From Hemiscyllium ocellatum (Eukaryota): a DNA stretch of 64,000 nt. Numbering within the stretch: the first letter of the stretch is position 1; every line of letters begins with the position of its first letter. Position numbers and translations under genes: made by a program. The notes beneath the pieces were generated by a model that did not search any database, was not told the origin of the DNA, and was given only the letters and a program-made list of their open reading frames with translations. The stretch spans positions 19,158,001 to 19,222,000 of the forward strand of contig NC_083422.1 in NCBI RefSeq assembly GCF_020745735.1, in the 5' to 3' direction. Positions 12,080-24,645 of the stretch are shown here, piece after piece.

Positions 12080-12318
12080 AAAGTTTAAAAATTGAAAAAC
12101 ACCAGGCTATAGTCCAACAGGTTTATTTGGAAGCACTAGCTTTGGGAGCGCTGCCCCTCCTTCAGGTGTTTGTGGTGTAGGATCCCAAGACTCTGAACAT
12201 ATAACTTTTTTGTTTTATGATCCTCCTCCACAATCACCTGAACGAGGAGTGGCGCTCCAAAAACTATACTTCCAAATTAACCTGTGGGACTAAACCTGGT
12301 GCCTTGTGATTTTTAACT
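12080..12318. mobile_element. Fold-back Penelope-derived mini-element
   Basis: Imperfect inverted copies of the same terminus as 5522, 18250 and 33941. Confidence 0.75.
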
Positions 12319-12748
12319 GTATGAGCAATGGCTGCCTGGTGCAAAGTTTTAGTTTTTAAGTGAAGTGTGAGAGACAGTCATGCTGCTGATTGTATGTTTA
12401 GCCACTTCTGTGTACCTCTTTATGACATGAAGTGATAACATGTAGTTTTAAACAGCACATGACAAATTTGTTTAAGGACTTCACTTTGCACAGGTGAAGA
12501 AAAAAAATGCACATGATCGAGGGATGATGTTGTGAACCTTATGCTGTGCCCCACCATTCAATGCAATGGCCCTACCTCCAAACTCTGCAACGAGCAGTGG
12601 GGTGATTAGGCATTAAATTGTGCTCAGTCTCCCTGACATATGTGCAAAAACAAGCTTGCAGTAGAATTAAGAGAAGGGTTTTGTTTGGATTCTTGAGTAT
12701 GGTTCACTTTTTAAGGTGTTTTCCTAATTTTATTTTCATCCATCTTAG

Positions 12749-12865
<117 letters not shown>

Positions 12866-13829
12866 TAATGCATGTTCAACTGACTAAATTCATTTGGAAA
12901 AGTTGGGTTTAAGAGCTGTATTGATCTGATATTAAAGTCTTGAATGTTGAAAAGAAAACTCCTTATCATCTTTACTGGGGAATTCTTGTATACTGCCCAT
13001 TCTTTCCCCTCTAGCATTGTGATCAATTAAATAAAGCGGTTTGTCACTACTTCTAGATCAATTCCCCACCTGAACAAACCTAAACGCCACTTCTTGCAAA
13101 GGCAATGTTGTGGCTGACCCAGCCTGACCCGCCATTCAGTTGTTAGTCTTATCAATAATTGCAACAGTACTCAAATACTGAAAGTTGGCAGCCAAATTGG
13201 AATTTGTCCTCTCCTTGTTTCATAGCAAATGTATTCCTGAAGTTGCAAGGGTGTCTAAATTGAGTTGTCATAGATGATGCAAAATTAAGTCAAATGATAA
13301 TTAATTTTGCTAAAGTGGAGATATTTCACTGTGATAAAAATATGTTGAAATGAGAAAGGACTATGACTATGGACGCTGCATTTTCATTGCAATACAGTGA
13401 GTGTGATGTGCAAGAATAGCTGGCAATGCAACTTGTGGTAAATTGAAGACAAATGGAAAAACAAAATACATGGCAACTTGTTTCCATTTCAACACCAAGG
13501 CGATTGCATTAAGCTCTGTACAAATGGCCATCTGGATAAAGTTGCACATTAGTCAGAAAGGCAGGTTGCTCAGTAGTGTTGGAAATAAATCCAAAGATCA
13601 AAACTTAAAATCTGAATGAAATGTTTGGCAGTTGCATGGTGCTTTTGCATTCAGCCCCCAAGTGATTCACAGATATTGCACTTCCGTTAAATTCTAAATG
13701 CTAACTTCAAAACAAGCTTGATTTTTCAAAAAATCATTGTGCAGGTGCCATATTTCTGAAATCGAATATTTGTCTTGAATTGATGGGTAAAGTAATAATG
13801 TCACTATTTATGACCGATTTTCAATAACT

Positions 13830-14230
13830 ACATTTGCATTTTAATGCAGTGTTCATCATGAACACTGGGCATATCCAAGCACTTTACAACAATTAGAGTA
13901 ACTTTTGAAGCATCATCATTATGTTGAAATAGCAATTTGTACATAGCAATCTCCCAAAAAGAGCAGCATGATGATGGGCAAAAAAATTGTGATGTTGAGT
14001 TATGGACAAAATATTTATTAATACACCAGAAATAACTCCCCTGCTACTTTTCAAGATGGTACCCCAAGATTGATTGTAAGTCCACCCAAGCAGGCAAATG
14101 CATCCTCTGTTTCATGTCTCATTCAAAGCACATCCAATAGTGTTCTCACCCTCAGTACTGCATTAAAGAGTCAGCCTTAACTTTTGGTGCACATGATCTA
14201 AAGTGGTAATTGTTCAAACATTTCCAGGTT
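13830..14230 (-). mobile_element. Deu-domain SINE (SacSINE1-like), decayed
   Basis: aactccctgct...gtccaccc...gtttcatgtctcat...ccctcagtactgca resembles the reverse of the recalled Deu domain. Confidence 0.55.
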
Positions 14231-14814
14231 CATGTGTACCAATGGAATCTGACAAACCCATTTGTCCGAATTGAATCTTGCTCGTTGATTTTTGATCAAG
14301 TTTATGTGGAGGCCTCCATAATTCTTTACATGTTGAGCTTTTAAGGTTTCTAAGAAAGTCCTTCACAAAAGGTTCCTGCATTGGTTTGGAGAATTGAGGT
14401 GAGAGCTGAAAGCAAATCTTGAAATAGTTTAGGGCAGGCTGAAAATCAAAAAACAGCAGGTATTTGTTGGGGAAATTGAAGTTGGGCGATGATAGTATAA
14501 GATTCTAGGAGTGGGTAGAGGAGCTTTTGCATTAGCCAGCTGGCCCCAAAGTTCAGTTTATAGGAGGCAAAGCAGAATAAGTAACCTTGTGCCTAAAAAT
14601 AAATGAGCAAAATGGTCAAGGATCTGCATTGAAGTAAATGCGAAATGTAATAGTGTAGAGGTAGTTCTAAGTGTGTTTATGCTTCTCGAGCCCTGGATAT
14701 TGGGATATTCTTTCCAGATAAAGTTGCTTTTGTAATGTAATGAAATGCAAACTGTTAATTTGAATGCACTTGTAGTATTGCTATGTGTAAGACCATAACC
14801 TGATCTGTGTTTTT

Positions 14815-15030
14815 AATGCTGGTTGGTGTGTATGTTAGCCAGGACAGCAAGGGAACTTATTTGGATGGTACTGAGAGCTCTTTTTATACGTATATCTGAA
14901 ATGGGCAAATTGTACCTCAGTTTAACATAACACCAGAAGACCAGGACAGTGAAACACTCTTGAATGAGGTTGGACTTGAACCCGTGACTGTCTGACTGGG
15001 AGGCAAGGGTGCTAACGCTGTGTCAAACCT
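14815..15030 (-). mobile_element. Deu-like SINE, decayed
   Basis: gccaggaca...cctcagtttaac...ggacttgaaccc (reverse B box). Confidence 0.5.
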
Positions 15031-15541
15031 AGTGCCTCTCTTTGAATGTGCAGTTGAAAGATATGGTGCATTTGATATTTTATGAATTTCATGTAGAATT
15101 CAAATTACTGAATTAGAGCAGGAGTCAAATTTTATTGAATCTTTATGATTTTTGACCAGATTGTATCTTGATGACCATTTTGGGTTCATGTGGTACAAAG
15201 GTAAATTCCGTTTCTGGGTGCATGGTGCAAAAACATTGAGCCTGATGCGACAGTTCAGAGGAGCTGACTGTGTGTAAAGGATGTATCTGGGATTATTTAG
15301 TAGCCTTCATAGAAGCTTAAGTTATACAAAATATTCAGACAAAACCGAAGCAGTGCAGGAAGGTAACAATCAAACAAGGGGCAAGGGTTCGCACTGGTGT
15401 CACGTTCCAGGTAACGCTAGAGTTAAACATAGTTGGTGTCGTTTGGACTTATAAGGAAATAGAACTTTAAAAATTGTTACCTATTAAATTCTGGTACAAC
15501 GTTATGATATTTTGACTAGATATTCCAAATCTTTGCTTTAG

Positions 15542-15775
<234 letters not shown>

Positions 15776-16200
15776 TAAGTATGTCTGTCCATGTTCCGCG
15801 TAGACGGTTATCTCCCTGTTTTTGTATTTTTGCATTCCTTCTCCTACCAGGAAGAAGGTTTTAATGTCCAAGCGGCCTCCTGCTTTCTACTGGTTATGCT
15901 CATGAGTAGACAATTGTGAAAGTCCTGTTCTTTCCAGGCCTATATTATAGCAATCTTTTGAGCAAAGGTTATTGAAAAATCATTAAAAACAAACAAGGAA
16001 TTAGTCCTTGGTTACAAATTAAAAGCGCAAGTTTTCATCTTTTTAATGTTTAAAACTTTCAGTGGTCTGCATTGCACTCATGGTTGTTCAAATGAAGAAA
16101 TTGATGTTTTGGGATTTTTTTGACTGTTCCTCTTTTTTTAATTAGCTTTTTTTTTGTCCTCTTCCTTTTTGTAGTTGATGTGGGCGTGACTAACCTGATT

Positions 16201-16363
16201 GAGAGCTGAAAAATGTGTTGCTGGAAAAGCGCAGCAGGTCAGGCAGCATCCAAGCAGCAGGAGAATCTTCCTGAGATTCTCCTGCTCCTTGGATGCTGCC
16301 TGACCTGCTGCGCTTTTCCAGCAACACATTTTTCAGCTCTGATCTCCAGTCCTCACTTTCTCC
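16201..16363. mobile_element. Fold-back Penelope-derived insertion with 67-bp stem and 14-bp TSD
   Basis: Arms 16202-16268 and 16274-16340 differ by one mismatch; TSD tgactaacctgatt at 16187-16200 and 16364-16377. Confidence 0.92.
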
Positions 16364-16392
16364 TGACTAACCTGATTTGCTTATTTTAACAG

Positions 16393-16535
16393 TTCTGGTG
16401 TAAATACATGGCGTGATCAGCTCAAGCCAACCCAGCTGTTACAGAATTTAGCCAAAATGAAGGGCCTTTCTCAGCCAGTCATCTCTAGCACCAGCCTGTC
16501 CTACAATGGTCAGGAATATTTACTCAATGAAATTG
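16393..16535 (+). CDS. MYOF: Myoferlin exon SGVNTWRDQLKPTQLLQNLAKMKGLSQPVISSTSLSYNGQEYLLNEI
   Basis: SGVNTWRDQL matches MYOF; 143 nt, phase 2 to 1; aacag| and G|gtaagt. Confidence 0.96.
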
Positions 16536-17651
16536 GTAAGTAGTTCTGGCATTCAGTAAAGAACTGAAAAAACAACTTTATGAGATAGGATATGGTTGTT
16601 AAAATTGACTTGTTTTCTTCAAAAAAATCATTGCCTGAATTTGTTAGGACAGAATTTGTTTTTTTTTAAAAATGTGTGGTTTGAAACTCTTGATGTTACA
16701 CCCATCAGGTGAAATACAATATAAAGGCAAACACAGCATTTACACTGAGAGGGGAGTGTTTTAGCAATACAGACTGATTTTCTCCACTTCTACACAGGCA
16801 GTCAGTGAAGATTTCTTGGGGCTTTAAACTTGAGTGCCATAAACAGACAATATTTGTGGATGGATGTTTAAAACTTGCTGACTAAAGTTGTTCAAGCAGC
16901 ATTCATCTATTATGCAGTAACAAACTCCAGAGGTCAGGAATCTGATCTCAGCAGCAAATGTAACTCGGAGTTTGTTGATGGTGGTCAAAAGGTAGAAATG
17001 GTTAAAATTGGTTGGAATTAGCTGCTGATTTTACACTTTCCCAGGAGGGAAATGCGTGGGTACAGACAGCTTGTCAGAACAAGATTGGGTTGGACTCTTA
17101 TGTTCTCCCCATCACACTACACGCCAGTACTTGTTCGGTTAGCTTAAATAACATGGGTGATTTATCTGAGGGGCGACCAGCTAATGAAACTGCATTTCAG
17201 CAGGAGTTGCAATTGTAAGGATACAGGAAGGGATAAAACAATCAAACTGAAAAAAAGTTGCTCATGCTGAAATATGCAGTGCTTTGCTTCAGGAGTTTTG
17301 GTTGATTAAATATAGTGAGGCTGTTAACATGTTGAGGCGATGCTTATAGCTATTTCTTTACTGTGCTTCATCTTCAACAGAAGTGAATTCTAATAACGTT
17401 TTTGTGAAAATGTGACTTGAAAATAAATTACAGGAGTTGGGGGGGGGGGGGGGTTGTTGGGTATAAAAATCAGTTCTGTGGTCTCTTGTAGTCCGGTGTA
17501 TAAAAGTTGCATTGCAATCGCAGCAGTGTACCAGCTTGGATAGCTGAGGCTGTGTGGCAGCAAGCAGTTTTGAGCTGAAAGGGGAAATGAAACCAGGGAT
17601 GCCTCCAGTTGGAGTTTGGCAACATTATTATGTACTGAGACTAACTGGAAA

Positions 17652-17776
17652 GATGAAGGGCTTATGCCTGAAACGTCGAATTTCCTGTTCCTTGGATGCT
17701 GCCTGACCTGCTGCGCTTTAACCAGCAACACATTTTCAGCTCTGATCTCCAGCATCTGCAGACCTCACTTTTTCTC
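17652..17776 (+). mobile_element. 5'-truncated Penelope-like terminus with partial hammerhead
   Basis: gatgaagggcttatgcctgaaacgtc; direct repeat ctaactggaaagat at 17641 and 17777. Confidence 0.85.
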
Positions 17777-18249
17777 CTAACTGGAAAGATACTAAATATT
17801 GCTGTGTCCTGCATGGATCTAAAATTTGAAGGTGCTGATTTGATTAAAATCACCTATTTCCTCAAGTCTTTGGGTTTTTTTGGGAGGCTGGGATGGGATG
17901 CATTGTGAAATTCAGGATGTTAAATTAAATGTTTCCTGAGGCTTTAGAAGCAAATAGAGATTGCATTGAAATGGTGATCAGTTTAGTTACTGGTGCTGCT
18001 TATTGGAGGATGTACGTGTCTGGTTTTTGTCTTTAATTTCCGTACAGGGCAGAGTCTTTACAGTATGGTCACAAAACAAATCATCAGGAGACTGCATCAC
18101 CCTCCCTAAAGTGGGCAGCAGCCACTGAAAGGGATCATGAGTATCATGGCTCACATGCTTCGTACTGCAGATGATTTTTAAATCAGTTGAAAACCCAGAT
18201 TTTGGAGCCAGGAGCTGTCACTGTGTTCAGTTTCATGCTTTTCTGATCT

Positions 18250-18413
18250 TAAGTTTAAAAATCACGCAACACCAGGCTACGGTCCAGCAGGCTTATTTGG
18301 AAGCACCAGCTTTCGGAGCGCTGCTCCTTCATCAGGTGGTTACACTCCACAACCACGTGATATTGTGTGATTTTTAAGTTTGTACACCCCAGTCCAACAC
18401 CGGCATCTCCAAA
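18250..18413. mobile_element. Penelope-derived mini-element with minus-strand hammerhead motif
   Basis: Reverse strand 18304-18338 reads cacctgatgaaggagcagcgctccgaaagctggtg; ttctgat flanks both sides. Confidence 0.8.
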
Positions 18414-20636
18414 TTCTGATTTTACGCTTTTCTAGTGATTTTTGTGAGAAATTTTATTTCCAGTTGCAAGAAAATAAACTTTCTGACGAGGGCAATATTA
18501 TCGTAGGCTGTCTAATTACTTTTGGAGAAATTGCAAGTGAATGTTTAATGGGTTTGTCCCTCCTATTTCTCATACTTAATTATCTATTGATTTTGTTGCT
18601 TCTGGCACAGCAGGTATTTAAGTTTGTGTTTTGAAATCTTAAAATGACATTTGATATCCATTTGTAAGGTAACCAGCAATTAGAAAGAGAGAGAAATTTG
18701 TCCATGGCTGTGATGTTCATTATTTCTGTGTGGTTAGACATGGGCCAGTGTTGGTAATCACATCTTGGAGTTTGAATTGAGGAAATGCCACACTATTGAA
18801 ACATTGCATTTAGGCTCTTGTCTAATCTCTCCATTTGGATGTAAAGAGTCCTATAGCATATCTGAAGAGTAATAAACAACTGTTAACTCAATCAACATTG
18901 AAGTTGTTTTAGCGATATGATTTCAGGCATATCTGATTATTTAACTCAGTGTTGACCAGATTGGCTGCTGCATGTGTCTACACTACAGCAGTGACAATGT
19001 TTCTAAAGTACTCATTCCTGTTCTTTAAGCTGTTCTGTGATCATGGCATGAGCATTATGCTAATGCATTTATATAGCTCAAGTTTTGAGATGTTTGTTTT
19101 TGTAATTGAAGTATATTTGATTTGGAATTCGAAATCTTGAGTTGCAGAGTTTTGGACAACGACCAAAAATTGAAACTTCTGTGCGAGAGAAAGGAAGGCA
19201 GAGGAGGTTTAGTTCCAGGATCTCCCACTGGAAAATGTTTCTTCAATCCTCCCATTTTATTCACTCAGTAATTTTAGAAATCTGCCACCGCTATACATTT
19301 TTTTTTTCTCTTGCAAAAATGAATGACTGGATATGAGAACTCCTTTGCAACTGAACTTTCCACTTGACTCAATGTGTCCAAACAGAGGGCTACTTCTGAA
19401 TTGTTTTCAGTTTATTTTTCTTTGAAGTTGGTCAGCTTTAGCTAGTTTGAGCAGAAAATTATACCATGGCAGATCTTTTGTTCAATGTTGGTTACAAATA
19501 GCGATTGTTTCTTTGATATCCACAGCTGGTAAATTTTGAGTTTGGGTTTCTAACTCGAGTTACAGTTCCTGGACATGTCGTCCTATTCAGCATTGGCCTC
19601 CAACCACACTGCCACCATTGACCACCTGACAGTCAACAGGCCCTCCATAAACTGAAGGATAATCCTTGACCGTTTTTACAACTCAAATATTTCCATTACT
19701 AATAGCTGAATAAAAGTTCAAAACTAGGAAAAATACATGTACTTTTTCACTCTGCATGGTTGAAAGCAGTATCTAGGGGATTAATATTCAGTTCTAATCC
19801 TGGCGATTGGCAACATTACAACACGCTGGTTACTCTTTCGGGGGCATTCCATCCTTGAAAAGCACAGGGTCATGACCCATAGACAAAACGGTGAAATCTA
19901 ATTACTAAATCTTTTGTTTGTCAAGCAGCTGAGTTAAAATGAATAGGAAACTAGGCTCTGTTTCTGGGGAAACTTCCTGCAAATTGTGCTCCAGCCAAGC
20001 TGATCTGTAAGTGCTTGCTTTGAAGGCGACCGTATCTAGTCAGTAACTTGTTTGCACTCTGGGACAGAGATCATTATCACAGGTGGCAAGTGCTACCTGC
20101 AGTGCCAATGATATCCAACACTATTGCTTTTTGTAATTATTTTTTAAGTAGACAGATACTGGTGCATGTTGGAATAGAATGCAGGGCTGCAGCAATAAAA
20201 ACATGTCAGCGAACTATAATTTACCCAGTCGTTCCTTTATGAACTTTTGCTCGCTAGATGACCTGATGTTATCTGCTGCTTTTGCACTCTTGAGAGCCCT
20301 TTCTGGTTGTAATTAGACCTTTTGGAGGGATATCAATTTAATATAGCACAACTGGTTTGTTTGGCAGAAATGGTAGGAACGTTGCTGGTTTGGGATCCAG
20401 GTCCTGTAACAATCGAAATAAAATGAGAATGATTATTAAAAATGAGATACCTACCAAACTGCAAGGTTTTGTTGTAAGATCCATTATTAGGTGATTTTTC
20501 TTCAAATGGATTGCTACCTATACATGTAGGCCTATTTGTTTCAATCTAAAACCCAGCTTCTAAATCTGTTTTGTCTTTGTGCCTTAGATTTTAAACAAGT
20601 AATTTACTTTTGTCCTGATGTTGTGGGATTTGGACA

Positions 20637-21023
20637 AGGAGGCTGAGGAGTGACCTTAGAGGTTTACACAGTTGAGGGGCATGGATAGGGCAAATAGGCA
20701 AAGTCTTTTCCCTGGGGTCGGGGAGTCCAGAACTAGAGGGTATAGGTTTAGGCTGAGGGGGGAAAGGTGTAAAAGAGACCTAAGAGGGAACTTTTTCACA
20801 CAGAGTGTGGTACGTGTATGGAATGAGCTGCCAGAGGATGTGGTGGAGGCTGGTACAAATGCAACATTTAAGAGCCATTTGGGTGGGTATATGAATAGGA
20901 AGGGTTTGGAGGGATATGGGCCGGGTGCTGGCAGGTGGGACTAGATTGGGTTGGGATATCTGGTCGGCGTGGACGGGTTGGACCGAAGGATCTGTTTCCA
21001 AGCTGTACATCTCTGACTCTATA
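20637..21023 (+). mobile_element. CR1 (HER1-like) LINE 3' end
   Basis: ORF2 C-terminus RGNFFTQSVVRVWNELPEDVVEAG, 3' UTR and short tandem tail. Confidence 0.92.
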
Positions 21024-21874
21024 TGCCATTTATACGCTTGCAGTTTTCATTTCACACAATATTGCAGTATTTTTATCAACTGTTCTGATGGTAAAGATTT
21101 GTGTAATATTTGAACTCCGTCCTGCTTTATGGCACTTGAGTAAATGCGATACGAATGGACACAAATTACTTATAAAAATATAGATCAGGATTGAGTATTT
21201 CTTGCTGAATCTGCAATTTATATTTGAGTTGACTAGGAGATGCTAGCTTGCTTATAAATTCAGTACCTCCGAAAACCAGTTCATTATAGCGCGAAAACTG
21301 ATTTAAATACCTTGTGCCTGGAAAATTAGTTCTTTACTCAGAAATTAAAATAATTAAATTGCAATTTTAAATTATTTCTGTAGCATTGAATCCTATTTTT
21401 TTCCAGTTTGAGTAATCTCATGCATGTAGATTAATGCCTTTTGAATGTAGGAGATTGATCTGTCGACATCTGAAAGCAAGACTTTGGCATTTCTTCAGTC
21501 TGTCTTACATTTTTCAGGGTCTCAACAAGCTCAATTCTTCAATTAGATATCGAGTATCAAATATGCTTTTGTTTCTAAAGTCATTGGAGTATCCAGTTGA
21601 ACAGTCAATCAATCTGGTCCTTTTTTTTTTCATTTATTTGAAATGTGGTAAAATTGCACATGTAATGATGAGGGCAATGTAGAATTTCATGAGGATATTA
21701 ACCGGAAGTGGGCAGATAGCTGGCACTTCAGTAAAAAGAACATGAAGAGACAGAGTATAAACTGAAGGGTATAGCTCTCTTCTATAGAAGCAGAGAGATA
21801 TCTGTGAATGTGCAGAAGTCATTAAACACTTAAATACATTTCATCTGTGTTGCAATAAAGCATACTGTATCCTC

Positions 21875-22258
21875 TGGATGTAGGTGTGCTCACTGAGCTA
21901 GAAGGTTCACTTTCAGACATTTCGTCACCATACTAGGTAATATCTTCAGTGAGCCTCTAGACAAAGCATTGCTGATGATTTCTACTTTCAATTTGTATGT
22001 TTGGGTTTCTTTGAATTGATGTCATTTCCTATGGTGATGCCGTTTCTTGTTCTTTTTCTCGGGGGGGTGGTAAATCTGGTCCAAGTCCACGTGTTTGTTG
22101 ATAGAGTTCCAATTGGAATGCCATGCTTCTGGAAATTCTCATGTGTGTCTCTGTTTGGCTTGTCCTAGGACAGATGTGTTGTCAAAGTGGTGTCTTTCCT
22201 CCTCTATGGAAGGTTATTAGAATGAGATGGTCATGTTGTTTTGTGGCTAGTTGATGTG
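21875..22258 (-). mobile_element. Penelope-like (Poseidon-type) 3' fragment with hammerhead motif
   Basis: Reverse strand encodes a decayed endonuclease C-terminus (HQLATKQHD...VLGQAKQRH...EAWHSNWNSINKHVDLD) and tca-ctgaaga-t-attacc-tagtat-ggtgac-gaaatgtc-tga at about 21913-21953. Confidence 0.7.
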
Positions 22259-23104
22259 ATACTTTATCCTACATTGATTAAAAGTGGTAAAGTGGGAGAT
22301 TGTGCTGAATATGCTAAAGACAAGTTAGACCTCAGCTGGAGTACTATAAACTGTTCTGGGCACTACACTATATAAGAAGGATTTGAATGCATTAGAGAGT
22401 GGACTGATATAGTTATGAAAACTGTAATCAGATCTTGAGCTATGAAGTCTCTGGTCAGAGTGGACGAAAGCTTCCCCCCCCCCCAATGTCTTCTGCACCA
22501 TAACATTCTGTTGTACTTTGCCAGTGTGTGAAAGGCTAGAGGATGTGCTTGTGACTTTAGCTCAAATAAAATTGACACAAATTAAACTGTTTATTTTTCG
22601 GTGGAGCTGACTCCAAATCTTTGGAATTATTGCTTAAGTTTTTAATCTGTTCAACCTGGGTTACTATGTGCTAGGAGCAAAAAGATCAAATATAAATCCT
22701 GCCCAGTGGTAAATTGCTGCAGAGTCACTGGTCACCCTGTTTTCTCTTCTCTCCATTACCTACAATGCTATTAAAATAATTCAAAATACACCAGTAACTT
22801 AAGATATATAACATATGACATGGGTGAAGAAACAGCTTAAGTAAGGTCCAACATCCCATCCATCACTCCAAATCTCTCTAGATCATATTTTCTGTTTACA
22901 AAGACACTTTTCTGTTTAAGTCCAGCTGGCCCAGAATTTCATTCCAGTGCAGATTGCTGGTCACATCATCCAAATCTCCTTTCCTTACGCAACTCATCTG
23001 GAATCTTTTTGCATGTGGTTAATGAAGAAACCTCTCTGAATGATGTCTTGCTCCTTAATTGCGTCACTGTGATCAGATCACATGGTGACAAAATCTGTTG
23101 CCCA

Positions 23105-23670
23105 ATACAGAGAACAAAAATTGCAGCACTGGAACAGGCCCTTCAGCCCTCCAAGCCTGCATCGATCCCGATCCTCCATCTAAACCTGCCTATTTTCTAA
23201 GAGTCTGTATCCTTTTGCTCCATGCCTATTCATGTATTTGTCTAGATACATCATATGATGCTATCATGCCCACCTCTACGATCTCTGCTGGCAACATGTT
23301 CCAGGCACCTACCACCCTGTGCATAAAGAACTCCCCACGCATATCTCCCTAAACTTTTCCCCTCATATGGAACTCGTGACTTCTAGTAATTGAGTACACC
23401 ACTCTGGGAGGGGGAGGGGAAGAAACGTTTTTGCAATCCACCCTGTCAGTACCTGTCATGACTTTGTAGACCTGAATCAGGCTCCCCCCCCCCCCCCCCC
23501 CAAAACCTCTGTCTTTCTAATGAAAATAATCCTAATCTACCCATAGCCAGAGCCCTTCATACCAGGCAACATACAAGTGAATGTCCTCAGCACCTCCTCC
23601 AAAGCATCCACATCCTTTTGGTAATGTGGCAATTAGAACTGTATGCAGTATTCCAAATGTGGCCAAACCA
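23105..23670 (-). mobile_element. CR1 LINE 3' fragment
   Basis: Reverse-strand CR1 ORF2 end (cagtattccaaatgtggcc; caggcccttcagccc). Confidence 0.8.
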
Positions 23671-24224
23671 GAATAGTAGCTCAAATCAGAGACTGAACTA
23701 GACAATTTAGCAACAAGTACATTCGTTTTTAAGTGTGAGATTTGAGTATTTATTTTACATTTGCTACTAAATCAGAAAATTTGAACAAGATGTTACATTT
23801 TCTAGTATTTCCATATGATCATTGCTATATGTAGAAGAATAGCCCCCATAAAGCACTAGACATTGCAAAATGTCTTCTAAATCAGTTTGTGTTTGCAGCT
23901 ATTGCAATTTATGTAAGATCTGTCCAATCCATTTAAGATTGTATCTTGAGTGTGGCGTTTTGTCTATGATGTCATCCATCTTATTATTGAAGTGGTTCAG
24001 TAATGTATCAATTCCTGTGATTACAACTGCGACGCTTCCAGTACAAGTGGGTTTTGCTTCATATACAAATACTGAAGATCTAAATGCATCTAACATTACA
24101 ACAGCACTGTGAATTCATTTATAAATGTTCTGTTCAAGTTGGGCCTTTTCCAACAGATGCCTTGCAACAAACGCTGGCTGATCATTTTGGTAACATTTTT
24201 GTCTGGAATATGGATAATACATGT

Positions 24225-24645
24225 TTATTGTCCATTCCTAATTTCCAGAGGGTGGTTAAGAGTCAATCGCACTACTAAGGGTCTGGAGTCATATACAGTG
24301 GAACCTTGATTACCCAGCAAGATCGCAAGGTCCTGATGCTTGGCTAAACTGTGTTATTCGGCATTTGCTTATCCCAAAAAAACTTCCTGCCAGTGTCGTT
24401 TGGATAATTGAGGTTCCTCTTGTATAGGTGAGACCGGGAAGGGATAGCAGATTTATTTCTTGAAGATTAGTGAACCAGATGGGAGTTACATAGATACTGT
24501 TAGACTGTCTTTTAATTCCAGATTTTTATTGGCTTCAAATTTCTTCATCTGGCATGGCTGGATTCCTAACCAAGTCCCCAGAATGTTATCCTTGGGTTCT
24601 GGATTCTAGTCTGGTGATGTTACAACAATGTTGCCACTACCGCCA
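24225..24645 (-). mobile_element. tRNA-derived SINE interrupted by a MITE
   Basis: ttaagagtcaa...gggtctggagtca is the reverse of the copy at 29700-29910. Confidence 0.6.
24296..24422. mobile_element. Tc1/mariner (pogo/Tigger-like) MITE
   Basis: Imperfect TIRs cagtggaaccttgattacc and ggataattgaggttcctcttg, flanked by TA on both sides. Confidence 0.7.

Noticed and set aside
16146-16174. Strong pyrimidine tract plus AG upstream of the hairpin as an alternative acceptor
   Set aside because: Use would give an immediate TGA in the required phase.
23482-23501. Poly-C run (and poly-G at about 17439-17453) as functional G-quadruplexes
   Set aside because: Simple homopolymers, one inside a CR1; lengths are unreliable.
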